The position numbers were made by a program, and so were the translations under genes. DNA of 64,000 bases from an uncultured Nitrospiraceae bacterium (GTDB lineage Bacteria; Nitrospirota; Thermodesulfovibrionia; Thermodesulfovibrionales; Dissulfurispiraceae): positions 2,112,001-2,176,000 of the forward strand of contig CAVSHF010000003.1 in NCBI GenBank assembly GCA_963727805.1. Direction: 5' to 3'. Positions 8,500 through 20,255 of this stretch are shown piece after piece (within the stretch, counting starts at the first letter, position 1; every line of letters starts with the position of its first letter). A model generated the notes under the pieces. It was not told the origin of the DNA. It searched no databases and saw nothing but the letters and a program-made list of their open reading frames with translations.

Positions 8500-10280
8500 C
8501 AACGAACGGTATTTTACAAATAGTCTTGTATCTCGTAGTCCTTGTTGCCCTCGTCAAGCCGCTGGGTAGTTATATGGCGAAGGTATACCAGTCCGAGCCA
8601 ATATGGCTCAACCGTATCCTCGGTCCGGTCGAGAGACTCATTTACCGCATGCTTGGAACTAGGCCTGAGGACGAGATGTCCTGGAAAGGATATGCCGGAG
8701 CGGCTATTCTCTTCAAGCTCGCATTTCTCTTTCTTTTGTATGCGATTATGCGCCTCCAAGGGATACTGCCGCTGAACCCTCAGAATTTTAGCGCCATCTC
8801 TCCGGATCTCGCCTTCAACACCGCGGCCAGCTTCATCACGAATACTAACTGGCAGTCATACGGCGGCGAATCGACCATGAGCTATCTGACCCAGATGATA
8901 GGACTCAGTGTGCAGAACTTCGTCTCAGCAGCTCAGGGGATGGCAGTCCTCGTTGCGGTCATCCGTGGCTTTACTCGCCGGACCGCGGGATCGATAGGCA
9001 ATTTCTGGGTCGACCTTACTCGCTCTACGCTCTATATCCTGTTGCCGCTCAGCCTTATTATGGCTGTGCTGCTCGTCTCTCAGGGCGTCGTCCAAAACTT
9101 CAGTCCGTATAAAACTGTGCCGCTTTTGCAGACTATCAATTACGATAATCCCAAGATGGATGCTAACGGCCAACCGGTACTGACCGCGGACGGAAAGCCT
9201 GTTACAGAGCCTGCTAAGGCCACTGAACAGTCCTTGCCTCTTGGGCCGGCAGCCTCGCAGATTGCAATAAAACAGCTCGGCACCAATGGCGGCGGATTTT
9301 ACAATGTAAACTCTGCTCATCCATATGAAAACCCTACGCCGTTTTCGAATTTTCTGGAGGTGCTCGCCATCCTGCTCATTTCGGCTGCTCTTTGTTACAC
9401 CTTCGGCAAAATGGTCCTCGACAAGCGGCAGGGATGGGCTTTGCTTGCGGCGATGCTCGTCATATTCATCCCCCTCCTGATCATTTGCTATTCGGCTGAA
9501 CAGGCAGGTAATCCTCTCCTTACTGCAATAGGAGTAGATCCGTCAGGCGGCAACATGGAGGGCAAGGAACTGCGCTTCGGTGTCGCTAACTCGGCAATTT
9601 GGGCCACGGCGACTACTGCTGCATCGAACGGCTCGGTAAATGCCATGCACGACTCGTTCAGTCCGATTGGTGGGCTGGTGCCGATGGTTTTAATGCAGTT
9701 GGGCGAGATCATTTTCGGCGGTGTAGGTTCAGGCCTTTACGGTATGATCGCATTTGCCATCATGGCGGTCTTCATAGCAGGGCTCATGGTCGGACGGACA
9801 CCCGAGTACTTGGGCAAAAAGATTGAGGCTTTCGAGGTGAAAATGGCTGCGATCGTCATCCTAATACCTTGCTGCTTTGCCCTGCTCGGCACGGCGATTG
9901 CGTCGGTCACTAGTGCGGGCGTGGCGGGCATTTCGAACCCCGGACCTCACGGCTTCTCGCAGATGCTCTACGCCTTTTCATCGATGGCTAACAATAACGG
10001 CAGCGCCTTCGCAGGTCTCAGTGCAAACACGGTGTTTTACAACACACTCGGAGGCATTGTGATGCTCTTCAGCAGGTTCTGGACCATGATTCCGATGCTT
10101 GCCATCGCAGGCTCGCTGGCCGCAAAGAAAAATGTTCCGCCGAGTGCAGGCACGCTGCCGACTCACACTCCTCTGTTTGTTGTCATGCTTGTGGGAGTGA
10201 TAATCATTGTCGCGGCGCTAACTTTCTTCCCTGCCCTGGGGCTGGGGCCGATAGCAGAGCATCTGATGCTTTATAAGTAA
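8496..10280 (+). CDS. kdpA: K+-transporting ATPase subunit A
   Basis: TNTNWQSY, LGTNGGG, SNGS and NNGSAFAG selectivity-filter loops. Confidence 0.98.
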   Translation: MTTNGILQIVLYLVVLVALVKPLGSYMAKVYQSEPIWLNRILGPVERLIYRMLGTRPEDEMSWKGYAGAAILFKLAFLFLLYAIMRLQGILPLNPQNFSAISPDLAFNTAASFITNTNWQSYGGESTMSYLTQMIGLSVQNFVSAAQGMAVLVAVIRGFTRRTAGSIGNFWVDLTRSTLYILLPLSLIMAVLLVSQGVVQNFSPYKTVPLLQTINYDNPKMDANGQPVLTADGKPVTEPAKATEQSLPLGPAASQIAIKQLGTNGGGFYNVNSAHPYENPTPFSNFLEVLAILLISAALCYTFGKMVLDKRQGWALLAAMLVIFIPLLIICYSAEQAGNPLLTAIGVDPSGGNMEGKELRFGVANSAIWATATTAASNGSVNAMHDSFSPIGGLVPMVLMQLGEIIFGGVGSGLYGMIAFAIMAVFIAGLMVGRTPEYLGKKIEAFEVKMAAIVILIPCCFALLGTAIASVTSAGVAGISNPGPHGFSQMLYAFSSMANNNGSAFAGLSANTVFYNTLGGIVMLFSRFWTMIPMLAIAGSLAAKKNVPPSAGTLPTHTPLFVVMLVGVIIIVAALTFFPALGLGPIAEHLMLYK

Positions 10281-10295
10281 CAGGAGGATCAATCC

Positions 10296-12368
10296 ATGAC
10301 TAATAAAAAGAAAAAGACCACACTATTCGATCCACGGATCATCCGGCACGCACTGATCGATTCGCTGATAAAGCTGAATCCGAGGAATCAAATCCGCAAC
10401 CCGGTGATGTTCGTGGTCGAAATCGGAAGTATCCTAACGACGCTTCTCTTTGTCCGTGCTCTCTTCGTGCCCGGCAGCGAGTCGCCGTGGTTCATACTTC
10501 ATATCTCAATCTGGCTCTGGGCTACGGTCCTTTTCGCCAATTTCGCAGAATCCGTAGCTGAAGGCAGGGGTAAGGCCCAGGCGGATGCGCTCCGTGGCTC
10601 GCGAAAAGACGTCCAGGCAAAGAAGCTGGCGCAGCCCGACAAAGATGCAAAGGTTACCGTTGTCACTTCTGCTCAATTGAGGAAGGATGATTACATACTT
10701 GTGGAAGCGGGAGACATCATACCTGGAGATGGTGAAATAGTAGTAGGAGTCGCCTCAGTCAATGAGAGCGCCATAACGGGCGAAAGCGCGCCGGTTATAC
10801 GTGAAAGCGGTGGAGACAGGAGCGCCGTGACCGGCGGGACGATGGTTCTTTCGGATTGGATCGTTGTGAGGATCACCGCAAACCCGGGAGAAACATTTCT
10901 CGACCGCATGATATCTATGGTGGAGGGCGCAAAGCGGCAGAAGACGCCTAATGAGATCGCACTCAACATACTGCTGGCCGGGTTGACTATTATCTTCCTG
11001 TTCGCTACCGCAACTTTGTTACCGTTTTCGATCTTCAGCGTCACTGCGGCAGGCCAAGGGAACCCTGTCACGATAGTCGTGCTGGTGTCGCTTCTTGTCT
11101 GCCTGATACCGACTACAATCGGGGGTCTTCTATCAGCAATCGGCATTGCGGGCATGGACCGCCTTATACAGGCCAACGTCATCGCCATGTCGGGCCGTGC
11201 AGTCGAAGCAGCAGGTGATGTGGACGTGCTCCTCCTGGACAAGACTGGCACTATAACACTCGGCAACCGGCAGGCCACAGCTTTCATCACAGCTTCCGGA
11301 GTCAATGCACAATCACTTGCAGATGCTGCACAGCTTTCATCTTTGCCGGACGAAACTCCGGAAGGACGCAGCATCGTCATACTGGCCAAGGAGAAATACG
11401 GGCTTCGTGAGCGGGACATTCATGCGCTCGGGGCAAAATTCATACCATTTTCAGCCCACACCAGGATGAGCGGTGTAGATATGGACGGCCGCGAAGTAAG
11501 GAAGGGCGCCCCGGATGCTGTCGAAAATTATGTCAAAAGCAAGGGAGGAATCTTTCCTCCTGATATCAAAGTGATCGTCGAAGAAGTGGCACGCACGGGC
11601 GCAACTCCGCTGGTTGTTGCTGAGGGCAATAAGGTGCTCGGCGTTATCCGTCTGGGCGATATCGTAAAGGGAGGCATTAAGGAGCGGTTTGCTGAACTCA
11701 GGACGATGGGGATAACAACAGTCATGATTACCGGCGACAATCCGCTTACAGCTGCAGCGATTGCAGCGGAAGCTGGGGTCGACGACTTTCTGGCTCAGGC
11801 CACACCGGAGACTAAACTTCAACTGATTCGGAAACACCAGACAGGCGGGAAATTGGTAGCAATGACCGGGGACGGTACAAATGACGCCCCTGCGCTGGCA
11901 CAGGCTGATGTCGCAGTCGCAATGAACACAGGCACGCAGGCGGCTAAGGAGGCCGGCAATATGGTCGACCTTGACTCTAATCCGACGAAGCTGATCGAGA
12001 TAGTCGAGATCGGAAAGCAGTTATTAATGACGCGCGGCACACTGACGACATTCAGCATCGCAAATGATGTTGCGAAATACTTCGCGATCCTGCCTGCTGC
12101 CTTCATCGTCATTTATCCACAGCTCGCCGCGCTCAACATTATGGGACTTTCGACACCCCATAGCGCCATATTGTCGGCGGTCATATTCAACGCGCTGATA
12201 ATCATTGCCCTGATCCCTCTGGCTCTGCGCGGTGTCTCGTATCGGCCACTCGGCGCTGCAGTCGTATTGCGCAACAATCTCCTTATTTACGGACTGGGAG
12301 GCCTGATCGTGCCGTTTATAGGCATCAAGCTGATCGATATGATAATAACCTTTTTGAATCTGGCGTGA
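10296..12368 (+). CDS. kdpB: K+-transporting ATPase subunit B
   Basis: TGES, DKTGT phosphorylation site, [10 protein letters not shown]. Confidence 0.98.
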   Translation: MTNKKKKTTLFDPRIIRHALIDSLIKLNPRNQIRNPVMFVVEIGSILTTLLFVRALFVPGSESPWFILHISIWLWATVLFANFAESVAEGRGKAQADALRGSRKDVQAKKLAQPDKDAKVTVVTSAQLRKDDYILVEAGDIIPGDGEIVVGVASVNESAITGESAPVIRESGGDRSAVTGGTMVLSDWIVVRITANPGETFLDRMISMVEGAKRQKTPNEIALNILLAGLTIIFLFATATLLPFSIFSVTAAGQGNPVTIVVLVSLLVCLIPTTIGGLLSAIGIAGMDRLIQANVIAMSGRAVEAAGDVDVLLLDKTGTITLGNRQATAFITASGVNAQSLADAAQLSSLPDETPEGRSIVILAKEKYGLRERDIHALGAKFIPFSAHTRMSGVDMDGREVRKGAPDAVENYVKSKGGIFPPDIKVIVEEVARTGATPLVVAEGNKVLGVIRLGDIVKGGIKERFAELRTMGITTVMITGDNPLTAAAIAAEAGVDDFLAQATPETKLQLIRKHQTGGKLVAMTGDGTNDAPALAQADVAVAMNTGTQAAKEAGNMVDLDSNPTKLIEIVEIGKQLLMTRGTLTTFSIANDVAKYFAILPAAFIVIYPQLAALNIMGLSTPHSAILSAVIFNALIIIALIPLALRGVSYRPLGAAVVLRNNLLIYGLGGLIVPFIGIKLIDMIITFLNLA

Positions 12369-12378
12369 GGTGATGGCT

Positions 12379-12957
12379 ATGTTGAAAATGATAAGACCAG
12401 TAATAGTCTCGCTCTTTATATTTACGATATTGACGGGGGTCCTATACCCCCTCGCGGTGACCGGCATCGCGCAGCTGATCTTTCCGGATCAGGCGAACGG
12501 GAGCCTCATACTCAAAGACAGCAAGCCTGTCGGCTCCTCTCTCATCGGGCAGCCGTTCGATGATCCGAAATACTTCTGGGGACGGCTATCGGCTACATCA
12601 CCATTTCCGTATAACTCTGCGTCTTCGTCCGGGTCCAACTTAGCTGAAACGAATTCCGACCTTGTGAAAAATGTGCAGGGACGGATAGATGCTTTGAAGG
12701 CCGCAGACCCGGAGACGGGGAAACAGGTTCCCGTCGATTTGGCGACCGCGTCCGGAAGCGGCCTGGATCCTCACATTAGCCCCGCTGCAGCCGAATTTCA
12801 GATAAAGCGGGTAGCGAAAGCCCGTGCATTGGATGAAGCAAAGGTCCGAGCCATCGTTGCGCAATATTCCGAGGGCCGGCAGCTAGGAATACTTGGCGAT
12901 CCGACGGTAAACGTCCTTAAGCTGAATTTGGCACTGGATGAACTTGGCCGCAAATGA
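12379..12957 (+). CDS. kdpC: K+-transporting ATPase subunit C
   Basis: [38 protein letters not shown]; start may be 12370, 12373 or 12379. Confidence 0.97.
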   Translation: MLKMIRPVIVSLFIFTILTGVLYPLAVTGIAQLIFPDQANGSLILKDSKPVGSSLIGQPFDDPKYFWGRLSATSPFPYNSASSSGSNLAETNSDLVKNVQGRIDALKAADPETGKQVPVDLATASGSGLDPHISPAAAEFQIKRVAKARALDEAKVRAIVAQYSEGRQLGILGDPTVNVLKLNLALDELGRK

Positions 12958-12994
12958 AATATGAAATGACGATTAAAATAAGTGGGGAGGAACT

Positions 12995-13384
12995 GTGAGA
13001 TTAAAATTATTGAGGGTATGCGCGGGAGTGTTCCTTTTGTTCGCAATGAGCATTCCTTCAACTGGTCACGCTGTTTCCTACCAGCCCGCTTTTCGTCTTA
13101 CCCCGGATAGCGGATCAGTGGTTGTGAAGGGCGGCAGCGTATATCTGTTTCATAGCGGAACACGCGACATCACAGACACGGTCCATTGCGGGGATATCTT
13201 TATCGTCTATCGAATAAGCCCTTCGTGCATGATGCATGAAGTCGGCAAAGTCCGACTTGTCAACTTTCACGGAGATACATATATGGAAGCCGAGGTCATC
13301 GAGGGTGAGCTCAAGGCAGGTGATATAGCAAAGAAAGGAAATATATCGTGCCTCATCGTATCTACGGAACCATGCATCCGATAG
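12995..13384 (+). CDS. Hypothetical secreted protein inside kdp operon
   Basis: GGGGAGG RBS with GTG start, signal peptide, beta-rich mature part with 4 Cys. Confidence 0.7.
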   Translation: MRLKLLRVCAGVFLLFAMSIPSTGHAVSYQPAFRLTPDSGSVVVKGGSVYLFHSGTRDITDTVHCGDIFIVYRISPSCMMHEVGKVRLVNFHGDTYMEAEVIEGELKAGDIAKKGNISCLIVSTEPCIR

Positions 13385-13435
13385 AATGGCTACCGAGTAA
13401 TTATATGTTAGAGGATAAGTTAGAAAGGAATAGGA

Positions 13436-16141
13436 ATGGTGGAAGAACGACGACCTGATCCTGAACTATTGCTCAATCAGATGCGCAGGGAGACCGCGCG
13501 CAGCCGCGAAGGACAGCTGAAGATTTTCTTCGGCTCGGCCCCTGGTGTCGGCAAGACCTACGCTATGCTCGAAGCCGCACGCAAGAAGCTCTCCGCAGGT
13601 GTCGACGTCGTAGTCGGACTTGCCGAGACGCATGGGCGCAAAGAAACGGAAGCCTTGCTTGCCGGTTTGCCAATACTACCACGCAGGAGCATCGAATACC
13701 GCGGCGCCGTCCTGAAGGAATTTGATATAGACGCAGCCCTTGCCCGAAACCCCTCAATCATCCTTGTCGATGAGCTTGCCCATTCAAATGCGGAAGGATC
13801 TCGACATAAGAAACGCTGGCAGGATATATACGAACTGCTTGGCGCCGGGATTACGGTCTATACGACAATGAATGTACAGCACCTTGAAAGTCTGAATGAC
13901 GTAGTCACCCAGATAACCGGCATCAACGTGCGGGAAACGGTCCCCGATTTTCTTCTCGACAGGGCTGATGAGATAGAGCTTATCGACCTTCCCCCGGAAG
14001 ATCTTCTGCAGAGGCTGGCCGAGGGAAAGGTATACGTGGCAGAACTCGCTGCACAAGCCCGTAAAAACTTCTTCCGGAAGGGCAACCTCCTTGCTCTGCG
14101 TGAGCTTGCATTGCGCCGTACCGCAGAACAGGTTGATGTGCAGATGCAGGACTACCGGCTGGATAAGGGCGTAAAAGATGTCTGGCCCGCTGCCGAGCGA
14201 ATTCTCGTGTGCGTCGGTCCTAGTCCTTTCGCTGTCCGCCTAATTCGCGCAGCCAAGCGAATGGCTGCCGGGCTTCGTGCCGATTGGATCGCCGTCAATG
14301 TCGAAGCGCCCGGAAAGGTGCGCCCTTCTGAGAGCGACATCAAAGGACTTACCGAAAACATGCGTCTTGCTGAAAGCCTCGGCGCCGAGACGGTCGTGCT
14401 TTCCGGTCACAAGGCGAGCGATGAGATTCTGACTTATGCACGCAGCCGCAATGTCACCAAAATCATCATAGGAAAACCGACCCATCCCCGCTGGAAAGAT
14501 ACGTTGTTCGGATCGATGCTTGACGAAATCGTCCGGGGGAGCGGGGACATTGACGTTTACGTCATTTCAGGAGATGTAGCTGCACCCGCACTCGCACGAC
14601 AGAAACCCACCCGTCTCAGGACACCGGCTAAAGAGTGGGGGATCAGTATTTTGGTCATAGCACTTTGCACTGGCATCGGGTTTCTCATGCGCCAGGATTT
14701 CACCCTTGTCGACATAGCGATGGGCTTCATACTGGGAGTCGTCTTTATTGCAAGCCGCACCGGTAATGCTCCCTCCCTGCTCGCCTCTCTTTTGAGCGTC
14801 GCTGCATTCGACTTCTTCTTTGTCCCTCCATACTATAGTTTCGTGGTACATGACGTAAAATATTTAGTAACGTTTGTCGTGATGTTCGTTGTCGCTTTTG
14901 TAATCAGCAAGCTTACATTGCGCATCCGCGAACAGGCCGATGCTGCAAGGATACGGGAGAGGAGCACGGCGGCCCTCTATCGCTTGAGCCGGGAATTGGT
15001 CTATGAGCGAGGGATAAACCGATTGAGCGACATCGCGACGAAACACGTCGGAGAGATGTTTTCCGGGAAAGCGGCCATTCTTATGCCTGATGACCAGGAC
15101 AGGCTGAGTGTTTCTGCAGCCGGACCTCAGACACTGATTCTTGATGAACGTGAATTGAGCGTTGCACAATGGGCATTCGGTCACCGCCAGAAGGTTGGCA
15201 GGGGGACTGATACCCTTCCCGGTGCGAAGGGTCTATATATACCTTTGGCTGCATCATCAAGGACGGTCGGCGTCATAGGTATCATATCAGATGACGCTAC
15301 GGGACCATTAGACCCGGAGCAGATTCATGTCCTCGAGAATTTCGCCCACCAGATTGCCATGGCGTTCGAAAGGGCCCTGCTTGCCGAAGAGGCACAGCAA
15401 GCGGTTCTGAAGGCAGAAACCGAAAGCCTGCGCAATACGCTGATAAGTTCGCTCTCGCATGATCTCCGCACGCCGTTAGCCGCGATCACTGGCTCATCAA
15501 CGACATTGCTTCAACAGGATGATGTCCTTGACAGGCATAACCGCCGTGAACTCATCTTCACTATTATCGAAGAAGCTGAGCACCTCAATCGGACAGTTCG
15601 CAATGTACTCGATATGACCCGTATCGAATCGGGCGCCATCACTGTAAAGAAAGAATGGCTGCCAATCGAGGAAATCGTCGGGGCCGTGCTGAACCGTCTC
15701 GCGGAAAAGCTAAGAGACCATCCGTTGGCGACCAGTATTCCAAAAGACCTCCCAATGGCTTCCTTTGATCCGCTCCTTATAGAGCAGGTGCTTATGAATC
15801 TGCTCGAAAATGCTGCAAGATATACCCCGGCAGGGACGGCTATCGAACTTTCGGCTGCCGTCAAAGACCATGAACTCCTAGTCGAGCTTGCCGACCATGG
15901 TCCGGGGATTACTCCGGGAGACGAGGAGAGGATATTCGATAAGTTCGTCCGCGGGCCAGCAGCAGTAGGTGGAATCGGTCTCGGACTGACAATATGCCGG
16001 GCGATCATCAATGCCCATGGCGGCCGAATATGGGCTGAAAACGGGAAGGGCGGCGGCGTAGTCTTCCGCTTTACGCTTCCGATATCGAAGCATCCCCCGG
16101 TCGTGGAGACCGATGAGGAGACAGTGCGGTTCATATCATGA
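13436..16141 (+). CDS. kdpD: Sensor histidine kinase KdpD
   Basis: GSAPGVGKTYAML, USP domain, 4-TM region, GAF, SHDLRTPL H-box, HATPase. Confidence 0.98.
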   Translation: MVEERRPDPELLLNQMRRETARSREGQLKIFFGSAPGVGKTYAMLEAARKKLSAGVDVVVGLAETHGRKETEALLAGLPILPRRSIEYRGAVLKEFDIDAALARNPSIILVDELAHSNAEGSRHKKRWQDIYELLGAGITVYTTMNVQHLESLNDVVTQITGINVRETVPDFLLDRADEIELIDLPPEDLLQRLAEGKVYVAELAAQARKNFFRKGNLLALRELALRRTAEQVDVQMQDYRLDKGVKDVWPAAERILVCVGPSPFAVRLIRAAKRMAAGLRADWIAVNVEAPGKVRPSESDIKGLTENMRLAESLGAETVVLSGHKASDEILTYARSRNVTKIIIGKPTHPRWKDTLFGSMLDEIVRGSGDIDVYVISGDVAAPALARQKPTRLRTPAKEWGISILVIALCTGIGFLMRQDFTLVDIAMGFILGVVFIASRTGNAPSLLASLLSVAAFDFFFVPPYYSFVVHDVKYLVTFVVMFVVAFVISKLTLRIREQADAARIRERSTAALYRLSRELVYERGINRLSDIATKHVGEMFSGKAAILMPDDQDRLSVSAAGPQTLILDERELSVAQWAFGHRQKVGRGTDTLPGAKGLYIPLAASSRTVGVIGIISDDATGPLDPEQIHVLENFAHQIAMAFERALLAEEAQQAVLKAETESLRNTLISSLSHDLRTPLAAITGSSTTLLQQDDVLDRHNRRELIFTIIEEAEHLNRTVRNVLDMTRIESGAITVKKEWLPIEEIVGAVLNRLAEKLRDHPLATSIPKDLPMASFDPLLIEQVLMNLLENAARYTPAGTAIELSAAVKDHELLVELADHGPGITPGDEERIFDKFVRGPAAVGGIGLGLTICRAIINAHGGRIWAENGKGGGVVFRFTLPISKHPPVVETDEETVRFIS

Positions 16142-16872
16142 CAAACGACAAAGGGCTTATTCTACTTATCGAAGACGAACCCCAGATGCGGCGGTTCCTG
16201 AAGGTGACGCTTCAGAGCCACGGCTATGTCCTAATAGAAACGTCGACGGGACAGGAGGGTCTTACCCAGGCTACAACACGCAATCCCGATGTGATCCTAC
16301 TCGACCTCGGGCTGCCAGATCTCGACGGACTGGAAGTCTTGGGTAGATTACGCGAATGGTCGCATATCCCTGTGATCATCCTTTCTGCCAGAGAACAGGA
16401 GCAAGACAAGATCATGGCGCTCGATGCAGGCGCAAACGACTACCTAACCAAACCGTTCAGCGCTGGAGAGCTATTGGCCAGGATCAGGGTTGCGTTGCGC
16501 AATCAAGGTTTGCAAGCAGGTCTGTCAGAGCCGGTCTTCGTTCTGGATACGCTGCGCGTCGATCTTGCCAAACGCCGCGTGTTCCTGAAAGAATCAGAAA
16601 TTCATCTCACGCCTATCGAATACAAGCTACTTGCATATCTCGTAAAAAACGCCGGCAAAGTAATCATGCATAAGCAGCTGCTAAAAGAGGTATGGGGCCC
16701 GGCTTACGCCAACCAGGCGCACTACGTACGGATCTATATGGGCATGCTCAGGCATAAACTCGAGGAGGACCCCGCGCGCCCCCGCTTTTTCATCAACGAA
16801 CCGGGAGTTGGATACCGCCTGAGGTTAGAGGTGGAAGAGACAGTGAAAGGAAATGAAACCGCACCTCAATGA
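16138..16872 (+). CDS. kdpE: Response regulator KdpE
   Basis: Receiver domain (LLDLGLPD) plus OmpR wHTH (LRHKLEEDPARP..GVGYR); overlaps kdpD stop. Confidence 0.96.
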   Translation: MTNDKGLILLIEDEPQMRRFLKVTLQSHGYVLIETSTGQEGLTQATTRNPDVILLDLGLPDLDGLEVLGRLREWSHIPVIILSAREQEQDKIMALDAGANDYLTKPFSAGELLARIRVALRNQGLQAGLSEPVFVLDTLRVDLAKRRVFLKESEIHLTPIEYKLLAYLVKNAGKVIMHKQLLKEVWGPAYANQAHYVRIYMGMLRHKLEEDPARPRFFINEPGVGYRLRLEVEETVKGNETAPQ

Positions 16873-17505
16873 ATTCCGCTGCACTTCGTGTTTTTAAGTC
16901 AAATGGTCCATGAAGATAGCAGGATAAAACATGTAATCTATTTTTAAAACATTTTTGGGGAAATCGCCGAAATGGCGATATGGACGTCGTCGATGATAAT
17001 GAGATGGCACCAACGTTCTCCACCGACAAGCTCTGGTCATGACTTCGGGAAGAAAGCTTGTATAATGAGCCGTGTCCCTGCGGTGATGATACTAGAAGCC
17101 TCTATTAGTTCTGATGTAAAATTGTGCTATGGTTGCAGAAAGATAATAATATAAAGCGATCAAGCTATGAATATTGGATTCTGTGCTTTCTTTAAAAAGA
17201 GTATGCCTGCATTCAAAGGTTACGTGCAGAAGTCCGCAGTCCTCAGCATCCGTATCTTTTGGAGGATGACACATATAAACCAAAACTGGCAAACGTTTCA
17301 ACGTGATCACAAGTTCCGATCGTACCTCTCATGTTTTGTAAGCAGGCGATTTCGAGAGGTACATCCTCAAGCTGTTCCATAATTATGACGACGACTTTTC
17401 CCCCAAAGTCCTGCTGATAATGTACCACTCCTTTCTATCGATGCCACAACCATACATTCACCCTAGACACTTGCTCGCCCGGAAGCGGATTCATATCCTG
17501 CGTCA

Positions 17506-18630
17506 CTATTGGTCAAGTATTGCGAGGGTTGAGACACTCGTACCGACAAGAAGTAATGCAATAGAGGGCGGAACAGCCAGCGTGGCGAGGCCAACAAGCA
17601 GCAGCGCCCCCCCGCCGATCACATGCAGTCGCGACCGAACGTTCGGCACTGCCCACAGATACCGGCCTTGGGCAGCCAGAAAGAGAATCGGCCCTCCGCC
17701 CAGCAGCAGGCTCAGCCCAAACGAGGTGTGTCCATACGGGTGCGCAATCACCTCTTTATTCGCGACCGCCACGGCGATGAGTCCCGCGACCATTACCATT
17801 AGAGCGTTTACTGCGTGGCGACTGGCGCGAATGGGGTCACTCGTCTTCTCCAAATGCCGAATGATGAGCCGATGGGAACGGCCGAAGCTCAGCGCCCACA
17901 GGGCGACTGTTCCCACAAGCGCGAACGTGCCCGTTGCCAAGGTCATCACGGTTATGGAGGATTCGGAAATGGCCATGCCCGTCGTGACCACCGTTTCCCC
18001 GAGCGCAATGAGCAGGAACATGCGGCAGCGTTCCAACATATGACCTGCGTCGAACTCTACATTCTCGGATCGCAGCCGCCACCCGGGAAGGGGATGCGCC
18101 AACCACCTGCCGATTTGATCTATCCCGGCGGCCAGCGCCCACCACAGCAGGCGGGCTTCCGCATTTACGGCAGCGCCCACTATCCATAAGGGCGTCGTGG
18201 CGATCACCCAAAGAAGCGTCCGGTAGTAATGGTCTCGGAGCACCACGTTGGTTGAATTTACGAGCGTCCACACGGTGCGCCCCAGCTGGATCAGCAGCAG
18301 AGGAATGACGAAGGCCCAGCCGGAGATGGTGAAGGCCATGGTCACCGAAGCGTTCATGAACAGGCCTAGCAGCATAACCGCCAGAACCAACCAGCGGGTC
18401 CGGGATTGATCGGCTCGGATCATGGTGGCCGACCAGCTTGTAGTAAACCATGCCGCGAATATTGCTAGTAGCATCACCAGCGTCTCGGCTGCACCTCGCC
18501 ATGATAGGTGAGTTAAGAGATGTTGCGAGAGCTCCGATAGTGCGAACGCGAACACGAGGTCGAAGAGCAGCTCCAATGGAGTGACCTCATATTTTTGTTC
18601 AGGGATGTCGTGAATGCGATGGACAGTCAT
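17506..18630 (-). CDS. ltrA: Low temperature requirement protein A family membrane protein
   Basis: VTPLELLFDLVFAFA and H..ER...F..IALGE motifs. Confidence 0.85.
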   Translation of the reverse strand: MTVHRIHDIPEQKYEVTPLELLFDLVFAFALSELSQHLLTHLSWRGAAETLVMLLAIFAAWFTTSWSATMIRADQSRTRWLVLAVMLLGLFMNASVTMAFTISGWAFVIPLLLIQLGRTVWTLVNSTNVVLRDHYYRTLLWVIATTPLWIVGAAVNAEARLLWWALAAGIDQIGRWLAHPLPGWRLRSENVEFDAGHMLERCRMFLLIALGETVVTTGMAISESSITVMTLATGTFALVGTVALWALSFGRSHRLIIRHLEKTSDPIRASRHAVNALMVMVAGLIAVAVANKEVIAHPYGHTSFGLSLLLGGGPILFLAAQGRYLWAVPNVRSRLHVIGGGALLLVGLATLAVPPSIALLLVGTSVSTLAILDQ

Positions 18631-18688
18631 TTATCCTCATCTGCCTCGCGCGGAACTATTCTATAAATCATCGGCTGTCAGGCCACGC

Positions 18689-18850
18689 CTACCTGCCAGA
18701 CCATTCGACCCAGTACGCAAGTTCCGGCCCTTTGTTCCTTCGTAGGCGAGCTCGCCAACAAGTAGCGCGGACGGCTCGTGTAACGGGCGATCCGTAAGGG
18801 GGCAGTGCACACAGTATCGAAACCTGCGTCGCGGATCAGCTCAGTGGCCA
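18689..18850 (-). pseudogene. 3' remnant of an NADPH-dependent F420-reductase-like oxidoreductase
   Basis: Across frameshifts reads ELIRDAGFD...PLRIARYT.EP.ALLVGELAYEG..GPELAY. Confidence 0.5.
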
Positions 18851-19594
18851 GTCTACTTCATTTATACATCTTATTGCATTTAATGTCCTTGGATATCCCA
18901 CATAAGGTAATAATTGAGTAACAGTACTAAGTAATACTTCTTTATTATTTCCAACATTTAAATTGCCTTGTATATGCCCTGTTAACTGTGCCTCACATCC
19001 ACCCAAAGATAAAATCATGGAAAACGTTAAAAGCTCTCTTGTTTTTATGTCTAATCCTTTTCTGGTATAAAAATCACCAAAACAATTTGCAGATAAATAT
19101 TTTTGAATATGAAGCTGATTTGCCGGTGATTCGTTATACATTTTATCAATCATTCCTCCAAAAATTGATTTTTGTATTTCTAATCCTTTTTCAAATCGTG
19201 TTTCGGGTGAGGTGGTAGATTGTCCTTCTAATGGCAGCTTTATTCCCCTTCTTTCCATAATTTCATTTGTGGCAATGATAAAATCAAATGCTTTTGCAAT
19301 TCCAACATAAGGCACAGCCTGATATACAATTTCTTTTACTTCAATCGGAGTTACACCTCCATTCAGTGCACCGTCGAGCATCACTTTATATTCGCCTAGA
19401 GCCTGGCTTGCAATCATTGATCCCAAAATAACCATTAACCTTGTTCTGGTATCTAAGTTTCCATAACTAAGCACTTCGTCAAATGCAAAATTGTCAAATA
19501 CTTCTATCAGTTCCGGATCTGTTATTTTTAATGTGGATTTACGATTTGGGAATAGTTCCTCATGGTTTTTGTTTGCTGTTTCACTCACACTCAT
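18836..19594 (-). CDS. Carboxymuconolactone decarboxylase family protein (two CMD domains)
   Basis: FDNFAFDEV..LD.RTR, NCFGDFYTRKGLD.KTRELL, PYVGYPRTLNA; AT-rich. Confidence 0.9.
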   Translation of the reverse strand: MSVSETANKNHEELFPNRKSTLKITDPELIEVFDNFAFDEVLSYGNLDTRTRLMVILGSMIASQALGEYKVMLDGALNGGVTPIEVKEIVYQAVPYVGIAKAFDFIIATNEIMERRGIKLPLEGQSTTSPETRFEKGLEIQKSIFGGMIDKMYNESPANQLHIQKYLSANCFGDFYTRKGLDIKTRELLTFSMILSLGGCEAQLTGHIQGNLNVGNNKEVLLSTVTQLLPYVGYPRTLNAIRCINEVDWPLS

Positions 19595-19706
19595 GTTTAC
19601 ACCCTTCTTTCATAAAATTATTGTTCGTGTTCATTTTTGCTGCTCACCTATTTGCAAATAAATATTTTGTTGCTAGAGACATTTTCTCCAAGCTTAGTCC
19701 TTCACT

Positions 19707-20255
19707 TTATATTTTTCCCCCCATTTCATAGGCTTCTTTCAATGCCGGCTTGCCTTTGATGTCGCCTATATTCCAGGCACCAGTGCCATAGATAATACCC
19801 TTTTCTTTAGCTCCGCTCAGGCATGAGGTAAATCCTCTAAACCCTTCAAGAGTTCTCTCCATAGCCCGTTTGCTGCTGTCTGCGGCAGCCACTATGAAAT
19901 AAAACTCCTTATTGTTGATTTCAGTATAGCGAGAACAGGTTCTGTCAATAAGCGTTTTCATCTGTGCGTTCATGGTATAAAAATAGACAGGCGTTGCCAT
20001 CACAATCACATCAGCCGCAATCATTTTCTCGAGAACTTCAGACATGTCATCTTTCTGAGGACAGCGCTTTTTGCCGTTATAGCAAGTACTGCAACCCATG
20101 CAGTAATTTATTTTTTTGTCTTTTAAGAATATTTTTTCTGCATGGAATCCAACCGCTTGTGCTCCCGACATAAATTGGTCACATAGCAGGTCAGAATTGC
20201 CGCCCCTTCTCGGACTAGCGGACAGCACTAATACTTTTTTACTCATTAATTGCAT
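19707..20255 (-). CDS. Flavodoxin-fold NADPH-dependent FMN reductase (iron-sulfur flavoprotein-like)
   Basis: SPRRGGNS, C.GC..C.....C.QKDD, ATPVYF. Confidence 0.9.
   Translation of the reverse strand: MQLMSKKVLVLSASPRRGGNSDLLCDQFMSGAQAVGFHAEKIFLKDKKINYCMGCSTCYNGKKRCPQKDDMSEVLEKMIAADVIVMATPVYFYTMNAQMKTLIDRTCSRYTEINNKEFYFIVAAADSSKRAMERTLEGFRGFTSCLSGAKEKGIIYGTGAWNIGDIKGKPALKEAYEMGGKI

Noticed and set aside
16900..17480. Possible transposase remnant between kdpE and ltrA
   Set aside because: Only vague similarity in short broken frames; no motif I can defend.
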